In this document: positions 46,844-59,364 of the stretch, in pieces | Layout: each line of letters opens with the position of its first letter | Numbering within the stretch: the stretch's first letter is position 1 | Origin: Azolla caroliniana | Taxonomy: Eukaryota; Plantae; Polypodiophyta | Assembly (NCBI GenBank): GCA_043228905.1 | Contig: JBHGNT010000022.1 | Coordinates: 2,046,001 to 2,110,000, forward strand | Length of the DNA stretch: 64,000 nt | Direction: 5' to 3' | Notes under the pieces: model-generated | Databases searched by the model: none | The model's input: only the letters and a program-made list of their open reading frames with translations | Told to the model about the DNA's origin: nothing | Made by a program: the position numbers and the translations under genes

Positions 46844-49044
46844 ATGAATGGTCTGGGGTTGAATGATTGGGAGGTGAGACCAGGTGGAATGCTCGTCCAG
46901 AGGCGATCTTCTTCTTCTTCGCCTTTCTCGGGCCCCCTTCTCCAACTTAAGGTCTCCCATGGACTTCAACAACATGACATTACCATACCTTCGGAAGCGA
47001 CGTTCGGTACGCCCATCTACAAATTTTCTTCCTTAATAGATCAATGCTTTTATGCTCGTTTTTTTTTTTTCATAAGTATAGATCTCTTATTGTCACTATC
47101 ATAAATCCTTTATTTCTTATGATATGATTATGGGGGAATTGTGGATTCTGCAATGATTCAAGGCTTTGATGGGTTCCAAAATATGCCCTGGAGGAGGCAT
47201 TCACATATTGAATAGGGAAAGGGTGTGTGTATTCATCATGAGAAGAATATGGATAAAAGATTTTCAAGTAGGTTGTGGACATACATAATAATGAGCCTCT
47301 TATGTCAGACATGATAAGCCACTCATATAATTCGATCAAATGCATCTAAGAGTAGTGATGTTGTACTCGTGATTTTTGTTCCGCTTCTTCGCTTGCTTAC
47401 TAGATCCTTTATCTGTGTCATAGATGCTTTATCTTTGCATTTTCATGCGGGACTATAAAGATGTTGAAAAATTCATTTGAAATTGAGAGCTTCATTTCTT
47501 TCACTTTTAAAATCTTTCCTTCACATCAGAGCACATGTTTTTTCATATTTGGTGAGATCATAGGATCTGTTTTCGTCCAAACAGGGGATTTGAAGTGGGT
47601 TCTGGCACCATTGACTAACCTGGAACCCAAAAAACAAAGTCTTTTCTTTCGAGATCAAGAGAGAGAAGATTCGGTCCATTTACATTTAGCAGGAGTTGGC
47701 GAGAATTCAATGATTCTTTTGTTAGATCCAGTAAGCAAAGAGAGAAAGAGACAGAATGACAAGGAAGCAAAACGACATCCCTCGATCTTGGCATATAAGA
47801 AAGAAGAGAAAACCAATAAACCCAAACAGGTATAGCTTTGTTTATAAATGCACGTGTGGATTTGCATGCCTGTGTGCTACTGTTAATCGTGAATAGTTCT
47901 GGGAGATAAATGTGAGTGAAAATGGATGATCGCAAGAAGATTTAGAAGCAATATTTTAATATGCAAGGAAATGAAGGTGTGACTTTATGTTGGATTGATG
48001 GTGTAGTTTTTAAACGCAATATTTCTTAATTTAGTCAATATAATCAAGATGCTTATTGGGTGATATGTTGATCGGGAGGAACCCTTGTGAGTTCAAACAA
48101 CAAACAAGTTCTGAGTCAGATACTACCTTTTAGTTTCTTAGCATAATATGCCTAAATTGGGGTTGCTCTCCAATTTCCATTTCATAGCTTATGTGGTCTG
48201 CAGATTATACCCTTTCTAATCACTCCAATTAAATGTAAAGTGCCCCCACTCAAGCGCCAATGGGATCTACTGTTTAGCTAGTAATTTTCAAAATTGAGTG
48301 GCTTCTTGGAAGGTTTTTCTTCAAAGCCGAATGGTATGTTGGTAATTCATCTTAAATTTTATCATCGCAAAAGTCAACTAGTATTGTGCTTTTTGGAGGT
48401 TTTGTACCAGCCACATGGAGCTTGTTTCTGGGGCAGACTTCATTCATTGTTTATTAAAAAACACGAGGTTTCCTTTTCAAGGATCATCTGATAAAGTAAT
48501 AGGACAGGCATTATGTCTCTAACTATATTCTCCGTTGAAATTGTTTTTCCTTTGATAATGTACCTTGGTATTTGTTTAGCTGTTATTTTTGCATCAGCTA
48601 TTGCCTTCAGAGGTGTACAACCAGCAGCTACCCCCCCATTCATATAACTAAAATCCTAGGTCTCGTTTAGACGATAGCTACTCTGACTATGAGAGGCCAG
48701 AGGTCAATCTGTAATTTGATTCCTAATACATGTGTCTTAAGTTTGTGATGTCTTCTAGCATATGTTTGGTGTGGCCATTCAGTCCGTTGTATGTTATTTA
48801 TGTTTTCTCTTACATTTTGTACGATCTATGTATCATTTTCCCAATCATATATTAAACCTTATGTTGTGATTAATGCTAGGTACGGAGAGTAAAATTTGTG
48901 GACAATACAAAGGTCCCGAACAGTAATCCCTTCCAAGACAACGATGTCACTTTGAACACTGACTGCGAAAAACCTGATAGAGGTGTTGTAGTACCCCCTT
49001 CGTCCAAGGCAAATATGACAATGAATTGGGAACCTTTTGACTAG
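46844..49044 (+). CDS. BAG-family (BAG1-4 type) ubiquitin-like-domain protein apparently lacking the BAG domain, ~190 aa; exons 46844-47006, 47585-47829, 48880-49044
   Basis: WEVRPGGMLVQRR, UBL (LKVSHG..ATFGDLK..LFFRDQERE..LHLAGV), last exon starts VRRV and ends WEPFD-stop as in plant BAG1-4; GT-AG sites in phase; an alternative in-frame ATG lies at 46823. Confidence 0.8.
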
Positions 49045-50919
49045 TATTTCCTGGTGGGATTTGAATGTGTATCCGACATATGGAGCGTGGAAAATTTGTC
49101 TTTGGATTTCCAAATCAAAACCATTTTGTAACATACAAGGATCTTGGGGGTATTGCTTGGATGCTTTCCCGTTCAATTTGATTGATTCTTTGTCAAAAGT
49201 ATACACCACATAGCCGTGTGAAACGAATCCTTGGGTATGCTTCACCATATGTAAACTATGATCTAAGTACATTTACTGCTAAGACCATTTATTATAAATA
49301 ACCTGGCCATCACATGTATTGGTGATTTGTGGTTTAGTAAATATAGATCGTGCAATGTTACCCTGGAAGGCTGTCAATGGAAAAAATTTCATTTATCTGT
49401 GAGAATTTGTTTTACTGAATAAATTATCTTTGTTGCTAGCATCGGTAATTAGATGGTGGTTTTCAATTTCAATCGCAACACACTATACCAGATGCTGGTA
49501 TGGCCATATCGTTTTGAAGGTTTTTTGTGCCCTAATAATGACTACATCAAATGAGACATTTCTGGTGGAGTGTTCATGTTCATGAAATCCTGCTTTTCCA
49601 CAAATTTAGCAAGAAGCTATTTCTTTAGTTGTAAACGTAATTTATTCGAACATGCGGAACTTGGAATCTTCACATGAACTGTTTGAAATTGAGATACATT
49701 GCAGTCTTGATTGAAATGCTGTTTTTTTTTGTGTGCGAGGAATGCCGCGAAAGTATTTGCATGTGAAATAACTGTTGTGATAAGTCCATTTAAAATAAAA
49801 GACCATTACATCCTTCTTTTTACATTGAGAGAGAAATCGTCCTTCATGCTTTTAAACGACTTTCTTGCTCAGTGAATTGAGTTTTTAAAATTAGTTTATC
49901 GTCTTTCTTCGGGAGCCTTCATTTTACCCCTTTTCTTTTCAAAGTATTACTCTGGTCTTAATTGGTGCTACACCCTCAGTCAACTTTTAACTCTTTGCTT
50001 AAGAATCTGGGGTGTATCTATGTATCGATCCTACTTTCTTTGAAAAGCCCCAAAGCACAATAAGTTGCATAGAATCATGGGTTACAACTTTTTGGCATTT
50101 GTAATGAAACAATTTTAGTTTGTCTGAATCATGTGCAGCACTCAGAGGGCAGCTTGAAACTCAGATTTGAGGTTCTTGTAAAGAGAATCATTATTTTCAT
50201 CCTTGTAATTCCTCAGTCTCTGTAATATGGTCAATTTAGTAGCAATATGACTTTCTCAATTAGAAATACCTTATATCTAGCCTTTTTTTTTTGTCTCGAA
50301 ATGGTAGCTTGTCAATTAGAACTTCAACATCTATATATTAAGTATTGAGAAAACTTCATATGTTGCTAAATGACATTCTTCAAGATAGGAACAGAAGTAT
50401 ACACCTATCTCGTCGTTGAGATTCTTTTGAATGTGAAATTTAAATGCATGCAAATGCCATTATTAGAGTGATTATGTAATGTATTATTCAACAAGTTCAA
50501 CCCTTCAGTCTAGTAAATTCCATGTAAATAAACTTGTATCGATTTGAGGAACAATCCTTTATGCGGGTTTTCTCATTACTTTTTAAGTCATACATAGCTT
50601 CGAAACAGTAAACATGTTGATCCAAAAAAAATTACATTTAAAACATACTCTTCTTGATATTTTAAAGGTTTTAGGGTTTGTTGCATTTTTATAGACTGTT
50701 TTTTACTCGGTCTATAGCAAAGCAATGAATACAAACAATATATTTAATTAGATTATACGTAACTTTGAGTGAGTTGGTCAAGCATTTTATCACGTTATGA
50801 CTCTACCTACTTTAATCATTGTTACTTGTAAGATTAGTATGATCCACTTGTATAGTGGAAATGCTATAGCAAGTGTAATTGGCGTCTCTATAGAGGATGT
50901 CCCCTTGTTGGAACTAGGA

Positions 50920-52151
50920 ATGAACCAAACCATTTGAATAAAACAAAAACCAAACTAAATTGTTTGTGAACTCTAAAGCTATTTAAATCAAATAATTTAA
51001 GAAAAGGTAAACCAATCCATTTAAACCTAAACTGTGTAGGCAAAAGTTGAAACCAAATCGAGCCATTTAATAAAAAATTTAAACCTAACCATTTCAGTCA
51101 AAACTAATTAAAAATCTAAATAAACAAAATTCCATTAAATAAAATAAGTGTTTAAGTTAAATTTATTGAATCAATAAAAGAAACTTTAATTAAACCATTA
51201 AATTAAATCAGTAAAAAAAACATTAATAAAGTATTAAGGTGGAAAAAAGTTAACCAATAAACCGTTAAACCAAACCATTTAAACCTATAAACCGATAAAC
51301 CATAATTTTAGAGCCAAACCCGAACCATTTATTAAAAATCTAAACCAAACCAAACCATTAAATTTTTTTGGAACCAATAAACCATGGCTTAAGGTGAAAA
51401 ATCATTAATAAACTATTATGGTGAAAAAAAAGTTAACCAATAAACCTTTAAACCAAACCTTTTTTACATATAAACCGATAAACCAAAGTTTAAGAACCAA
51501 ACCTGAACCATTTATTAAAAATATAAACCAAACTGAACCATTTAAGTTTTTGGGAACCAATAAACCATTAAGCCATGGATTAATGGTTCGGTTCGGTTTC
51601 TTTGCCTTGAAACCAAATTGACCGTAACCAAACCATTTATATAAAACAAAAACCAAACCAAACCATTTATTAACTTTCAAGCCATTAAACCAAACCATTT
51701 AAGAAAAAGTAAACCAAACTATTTAAACCAAAACCGTTTAAAGAAAAGTTGAAACCAAACCGAGTCATTTAATAAAAAGTTTATACCTAACCACACTTTA
51801 GCCAAACTAATTAAAAAATTAAATAAATAAAAATACACTAAATTAAATAAGCATTTATGTTTCATGAATTAATTAAATAAATAAGCATTAATTAAGCCAT
51901 TAGATTAAATAAGCATTTAAGTTAAGTGAATTAAATCAATAAAAAACATTAATTAAACCATTAAATTACGTAAACATTTAAGGGATAAAAAAAGTTAGCC
52001 CAAAAACCTATAAACCTTTAAAGGAAACCACTTAAACCTAGTTTCAGAACCAAACCGAACCGTTTAATTATTTTGGAACTTACAAACCTTTAAACTATGG
52101 CTTAACATTTCGGTTCAGTTTGAGCCAAACTGGGCCCATTGCTATATGCTA
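50920..52151. mobile_element. AAACC-rich hAT-derived non-autonomous element(s), internally duplicated
   Basis: 50925-51400 resembles 51640-52110; the right end ccattgctatatgcta resembles the TIR of the 36622 MITE; left TIR and TSD not found. Confidence 0.5.
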
Positions 52152-55100
52152 TGTAGATATATGTCCTTAGAAATAGTATTGGAAAATTGCCATAGAATGG
52201 CTATATGCCTAAGAAAATAGGAACATGTGTGTTTTGGTCATAATGGCTCCACCCCCGCTAGAGAGAAAGAGAGCGAGAGAGAGAGATGAATTGTGGTGTG
52301 GTGTTTTAATATCTTAATGAGAGGTGATGGTCAAAATTTTGAGTTAAATATGGCCTTCTCCCCCTCCACACTAGAAAACACAAACTCCTTGTGCTCTCTG
52401 TGTTTCTTCTTTCTAGATAGATGTGGTAGTGAAAGCTTTTCTCCTATCTCTACTACTAATTAGTGCTTTTGGGAAATCTCTCCTCCTCTTATCTAATAAT
52501 TATGGGATCATCTTCCAAACATGATAAATTTGAGCACACCTAAGGACCCTACTCATGTCACAACGATCATAGCGACAACAAAAGCATTGACACACATCTT
52601 CAAAAGTGGAGTAGAAGGACAATCAATATAAGAAACCATGCCAAGAAGAGATATCATGAATCAACATTCTAGAAGATATTGAAGGCTATAAAGATAAATT
52701 GGTATTAGTTAGAATATTGTTATTTCCATTACCTTTGGACATGAATGCCAATCACGTTTCGTCTTAGTGTCAACAAAGTAACAATGATATTGGGTCAAGA
52801 AACAAGAAACAAGAAACAATGCAAGGTCAATATGTGACGTATATTTGTTTGTCCTTGTCCAAACATTATATGTACAACATATGGGGATGGACAAAGGCCA
52901 CTATATAGTGTTTGCATGAACGTTTTGGGAAAAAACTTACTCGGTGTGTGTTGTCAAAGGGCATGTTTGAAATTTCATCATTTGTAGGGCACACACCCTT
53001 GATTTCAAGGTTGATTGATCACTTTTTGAGAAAAATATTGAGGTGCAAAAAATGGCCACGTTTTATGGTCAATGATAGGATTCATTACTTATTAACTAGG
53101 ATTTTCTCTTACTAGAAAACATAAATGATAAGTTTTGGCGAGTGTTGGTGTGAACAAGTGCATTAGGTGGTGAATGTGGTCCTTAGGGCTCTAAGGTTAA
53201 TAATAAGCTTAAATGTAAAGGGTAACTTCAATTTAATGAATTAACTAAGGCACCCCAACCCATTGTTGTATATGGATCTCCTCCTTGATGTGGATGAAAG
53301 CCATGATGGCCACTTTCTTGACAAAACAAAACATTATTCCTAGGCACCGTGGTTGAATGTTGAAAAGATATTTAATAAGGAAATAAGAGTAACAAACATC
53401 TTGGACATCGAGTTATTCATTTACAACTATACTCTTACTCTAGCACCATATAGAGAAGTGAAAGAATGAAATCATTAATGTGTTCACGACACAATGCACA
53501 ATGGTTGATTAACACTTAATTAGCAAGAGAAATGTGTCAACAACACACAATTCATTAATATTAAGAAGAGAAGATAAAAAAACAGCCAAATTCTTAATTA
53601 GCATAATGTATAAGACAATGAGAGCTTAATACTTAAGCATTGGATGGGAATTGTATGCAGATTACAAGGGGGAGAGAATAAAATGGATGGATATAATACT
53701 CTTTATCTTAGACATACTTTGTTTCAATGATTGCCATTTGTTTTCAAGGCTCAATGTATGCATAAAAAAACTATAGATTTCTCTCTACAACGATAGGATA
53801 GACATGCATATGTCCCAAATGGAAACGATGCTCATGTGGTTGCAATATGGATGCACAAGGGACAAATCACAATAAGATACTTAACTTCATGCACCTTTTA
53901 GATCTAAATTAAACATAAATTTTCTCTACCTCAAATAACTAACAAGACATAGAACAAACGTGGGCAATAAAGTCCTCAACAACGTACTAGTCAAACATCT
54001 TGCCTTAGATTTGACACAAAATTCTCAAGTTCGTGGTTGGATATATTCTCTAGTAATGCGTGGCATATAAAAAAGCTACTGAATTTGGTGGAAACAATGA
54101 GGCAAATGCATATGGAAGAATACGTAGTATCTTGAGGATTGTTTATTTCTCTATCAAGATGTATATATATGGGGTCATGTATAAGGTGCATTGTTACAAT
54201 CAAGGAAAGTTACTTCATCCACTTTTAAGAGGTGTCGACAAGCTAATAAAACCCATCTTCATCTACTTTGAGTGTCCCCATACAATACTTTGCTTGAAGT
54301 AAGTTACCTACCATCCATACTTGCAACTCCCTAATCATCAATTCAAAAAATTCCTTTAGGTATTTGAGCTCTTATAAGTACACCTTTAACTCTTTTCCAT
54401 AATTTTTGCATGGGTGCAATATAGGCTCTACCTCAAGGTATCCATGGACTTTTGCTTCCCTTTTACAAAATTCATCTTGCATGTTAATCATTGCTAAAAA
54501 CGTGTAGGAGGCACAAATACATTCTTTTGCTTGTAAAATTCTCATGTGTGTCCTCTATTAAGCATGTAGGGTTTTTCTACACTCTAGACATAACGACATG
54601 TTTTGTTCTTTGTGATTTGTCTCTTAAGGTTTACTGATAACAACACATTCCTCCATCTTTTGATCAGATTGTGCATGTTACAAAATGCATGGTTACAAAA
54701 TGTGTTTAAGAAAAGAACATGATATGGGGATTTCTGAATAGTGTCATGAAAGTTGCTTAGAGGAATTTGTAGCCATGAATTATTATGATGGTCCTACCAT
54801 GTCTCAAATTTCAGTTTTAGGAGGCAAAGGGTTGGACGGATCCCACGAAGGTATATTTTAATGATGATGTTGGTTCTTTTATTCCTTGATAAGAGCCTCA
54901 TATGTTGCACAACGAATTAATCCCCTTATTTGGGACAAGGTGTTGTAAAATACATACAATTCAGATCACATGAATGTTATGAGCTACTACTCAAAGCAAA
55001 GAATATAGAGATAAGTTATTGTACGATTCCCATTTATTGCACAAAACACATTTCAATTGTGTCTTCTTGAACCGTATCATGATCTTATATAGCATAAATG

Positions 55101-55396
55101 CCATGTTGGGTAAAGGTGGGCAATTTTCTTGATACTTGGGCCTTTGATTCCTACAATTCTTGTTGGTCTTGGTTGAGTTGTTCATTGCCACCCACACGTC
55201 TTAATCAACAAGTCAAAGACTTTGGAAAGACTCAAGATGAAAAAATGTAAAAAAGAACTTTTAAGGTCACTAGATCAATTATGTCTTGGAATTTCACAAA
55301 TTCACTTCTCATGTCAATTTTCTAAAAATGACGGTCGAACATGATGATGGCGTAACATGACTAGCTTTGTCAAGGGCTTATATGTAGATGTACTTA

Positions 55397-58300
55397 TGTT
55401 GAGCGGCAAGCTCAACCGGAGCCGGATTGGCTGAATAAGCCGGAGCCGGTAAGCGAGACGGATCGGGCGAAACGGATCGGTATGACGGTGAGCAACCGAA
55501 CAGGCAAGCAGTGGAGGCCGGGTGCAATCCGTAACCGGCAGTCCAATCGGAAGCCTAGAATAGGATAGACTACTAGATATCTATAGTCTCGTAGTAAGTG
55601 TCAGATGCTCGTGTGAGCATTGAAGTACATGGTACTTCTGTCAGTCCCAAGAGGACTTGTATAAATAGTGCTACATAGCACAGTGTGTAAAAACAGAGTC
55701 TTGACATAATTTTGGAAATCACGTTCTGCTCTCTCTCTCTCTCTCTCTTTGTGTTGTTCTCTGTTTTACGCTTCCGCAAACACTCACGTTTACATGGTAT
55801 CAGAGCGCGAGGGTTGAGAACCTCTGCTGCAGACATTTACTCTTGAGAAGAAAACCCTAACAGGTCGAAAACAGACACAGTAGAAGACATGGATAGAGGC
55901 ATGGCTACGTCGCTCCCGGTGGAAAAGCTCGACAGGAGCAACTACGCATCCTGGTCTTACAAGATGCACCAGTACCTACTTGGACACGGGTACTGGAGTT
56001 ATGTCGAAGGAGCGAATGATGCGGCGCCAGACTCGGCACACAAGGACTTCCCGGTATGGGAACAGGCGGCAAGCAGGGTGATGTACTGCTTCGCATCCAG
56101 TGTCGGCGATCAGCTGCTCAGCCACATCCGTGACGCCAAGACACCGAAGGATGCTTGGGGGAACCTGAAAAAGGTTTTCGCCGCAAGCACCACTGCCCGG
56201 AAGCTGCAACTCAGACATGAGTTGAGCAATGTTCGACAGAAGAACATGTCCGTGGCAGACTACACGGGCCGGATAAAGGAGATTTGTGACTCACTCGCCT
56301 CTATCAATGTTACCGTAGAGGAAGACGAGATGGTGCAGGTATGTCTCAGAGGCCTGGCGTCCAAGTTCGGAGCGTTCCGGACTGCGGTGTGTACAAGGGA
56401 GAATACCCCCTCATTCTTCGACTTACAGTCGATGCTCCTTGTAGAGGAGAACCACGCCGGTGCATCTACCAGTGCATCCCCGGACAGCCGAATGCTGTAC
56501 ACGGGAACGGATCGGCACTGTGGGCGTGGTGAAAGAGGTGGGTCGGCACACAATGGAGGCGGCCGGCAAGAGCAGGAACGGAGGCACTATGAGTGTGTCG
56601 ACAGTAGTTCCGGGACTTCCACAAGCAGGGGGAGTCAAGGCGATGCCGGAGGCCGGCAAGACAAATCCGCTATGGAATGCTGGTACTGTGGCAAAAAAGG
56701 CCACAGGGAAAGCGAGTGCTAGAGAAAGCGTGTCGATTCGGACAAATCCGGATCCGGCAAGACCGGTAAGGATGGCCGGCAAAACTCGCACTACGCAAAT
56801 GGATCAGGAGGATCCGGAACCGGAAAGGCCAGTAAGGGGGCCAGCCTTGGTGATGAATCACAAGGCAAACTCAATGAAGAAGACCACTTCCAAAACGGAG
56901 GAAGTGTGGTATGTTAATTCCGGCGCGTCGAACCACATGACGAGCCACAAAGAGTGGTTCTCCTTTCTGGAGAGACCGGATCAACCAGGAGTAGTCGAAA
57001 CCGGAGACGACACTCCTCACCCAATCGTGCACGTCAAAGAAGTCCCTCTAAGCCACGTCGGACAGAAAGGGAAGCTGATGAACGTGTTACACGTTCCGAC
57101 GATCACGAAGAACCTGGTGTCCGTCGGTCAGATTGTCGACCAGGGGATGCAGGTGCGGTTTACGCACCTCGGGTGCTTCATTGAGGATGAGGGCGAAGTC
57201 ATTGCGCAAGGGCGCAGAGATGGGAGGATGTTTATCCTCGACACCAATGACTTTGGCACCGCTCTGTTCGCGAAACGACAGAAGGTCGAGTCGGACATCG
57301 ACCTGTGGCACAAGCGGATAGGCCACGTCAACTACCGGAGGCTTCAAGATCTGCAAACGAAACAAGTCGTTTTCGGTTTGCCGAAGTTCAGTGGCCGGAG
57401 AGCCGAAATTTGTGAAGCCTGCCAACTTGGGAAGCAACACCGGCTTCCATTCCCCACCGAACGGAACCGGAGCCGTAACAAGCTCGATCTCATCCATTTG
57501 GATGTGTGGGGACCGGCACAAAGTGTAAGCCTTGGCGGGAGCCGATACTTCGTTTCCTTCATCGACGACTATACTCGGCATACTTGGATCTACCTCATTG
57601 AGCGGAAGAGCGAAGTCTTCGACTGTTTTTGGAGCCTCCAGAAGATGGTGGAACGGGAATCAGAGAGGAAGATCAAATGCCTTCGGTCGGATGACGGAAA
57701 GGAATATTTTTCCGGCCAATTCACTCGTTATCTGCAGCAGAAGGGAATTCGGTGAGAGTTCAGCTGCAAATACACACTGGAGCAAAACGGTGTGGCCGAA
57801 AGGAAGAATCGGACACTCGTCGAAGCGGCAAGGGCAATGCTGGAGGAAAAGAGCATGCCCCGGTTCTACTGGGCGGAGGCGGTCCAGACGGCCGTCTACA
57901 TACAAAACCGCATCGGTGACAAGGTGTCAGCTCATGAGCTGTATTTCGGGCGCAAGCCGAACTTAAGACACCTTCGGATATTCGGCAGCATAGCGTATGT
58001 GCATGTGCCGGATCAGAAGCGGAGAAAGCTGGATGCAAAATCGGAAAAATGCATCCTAGTCGGCTATGCTCAAGAGCAAAAGGGGTATAAGTGCTATAAC
58101 CCCCGGACGAAGGAAGTCCGAGTTAGCCGGGATGTCGAGTTCGACGAATCGGCATCCTGGTACTCCGTACCGACTCCGACTTCCGATCCCGACCCAATGC
58201 CGGAAGATCAGGCCAGTGAGCCTGAATCAGCCCTTGCAGAGGATGATGAAGCCGGGAGTCAAGATGAGAGTCCGGAATCGTTACGGTTGAGTGGACCGAA

Positions 58301-58823
58301 TGAGCGACTGAGTCGGTTGGACCAGTCGGATGAAGAGACGACAAGTGGTGGAGACTCTGCCGTGCTCTCCCCGCGCAAGGAACCGAGGAAACGGTTCACG
58401 CGCAAAGAGAAGGGAAAGAGGAAGATGCCGGAATTCGAAATCGGCAATGATGAGTCGGATCGGTGCGTATCCGACTCCGGAAAAGAAAAAGGCGGATCTT
58501 CGGCAATGAAGACCGAACTGGCCAAGAAGGGACTCAAATCAGGTGACGGTGCGTTACGCCGATCAACCCGCTAGAAGGATCCCGTCATGCGGTACGGGTA
58601 CAATGAATACATGGCGCATCATTATGCGTACATGACTAAGGTGACAGAAGTGCGTGAGCCGGAGAGCTACGCAGAAGCGACAAAGGATGCAAATTGGCGT
58701 GCCGCTATGGACGAAGAAATGCGGGCACTCGATGCCAACGAAACTTGGGACCTAGTTGATCCTCCCCGTCACTGTAAACCGATCGGATGCAGGTGGGTGT
58801 ACAAGGTCAAGTACAACGCCGAC
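55397..58823 (+). mobile_element. Ty1/copia (copia D, same family as 1-3615), interrupted in RT by a chromovirus
   Basis: LTR 55397-55794, PBS iMet 55795-55806, gag 55889, protease and integrase, RT start to KVKYNAD; several stops and a 1-bp frameshift. Confidence 0.95.
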
Positions 58824-59257
58824 TGTCGTGACTCTTGAGTAGGAAGCAGAGAGAGAGCGATGGCGATAGAGATAACGATAACGATAGAGATGGCGAGAGC
58901 GGTAGAGATAGCGATAGTGATAGCAAAAGAGAGTGAAAAAGGGAGAGAGTGCGAGAGAGAGAAAAGTATAAGTGAGAGATAAGAAATGGGAATGAGATTA
59001 TATTATGAGAAAGAAGATTACAAGGAGTAGGCTAAGGGCTAAAGACTGGTGTTGAACCGAATGAGTTGAGATGAGTGTATGGACTCTTATTTATAGGCCC
59101 TTATGGAGTATTCTAGAATGTTCTAGAATATTTTAGATATTTATGAATAATAATAATAATAAATATAATCATGAAATATTCAAGAACATTCTAGAATAAT
59201 CTAGAATGTTCTAAATATCTCGTAATAACTAAACATATAATTATTATGATTACATCT

Positions 59258-59330
59258 CACATATGTTATTACAATGGTTAAAGTACAATATGTAAACCAA
59301 GAGGTTATGGGTTCGATTCCTGGTTCGCCA
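59258..59330 (+). other. degenerate tRNA-like segment with Pol III A/B boxes inside the chromovirus LTR
   Basis: TATTACAATGG(TTA) 59267, GGTTCGATTCC 59310-59320, AGGT variable-loop motif, ends in CCA; stems pair poorly. Confidence 0.5.
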
Positions 59331-59364
59331 AGATGAATGTCATGATAAGCCAAGATGTATGTCT

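Noticed and set aside
47830-48879. A hidden BAG-core exon in intron 2
   Set aside because: Reading after each plausible AG gave early stops or sequence unlike BAG; this was a by-eye check and needs RNA-seq confirmation.
48859-49272. 137-aa minus-strand ORF as a separate gene
   Set aside because: It overlaps the last BAG-like exon and 3' UTR in antisense and has no recognisable domain.
51405-51698. Short ORFs in the AAACC-rich block
   Set aside because: By-products of low-complexity subterminal repeats.
56825-56850. Programmed gag/pol frameshift in copia D
   Set aside because: The sibling at 2120-2150 reads through in frame (GKGPAFVMKH); copia D just has one extra G in a G-run.
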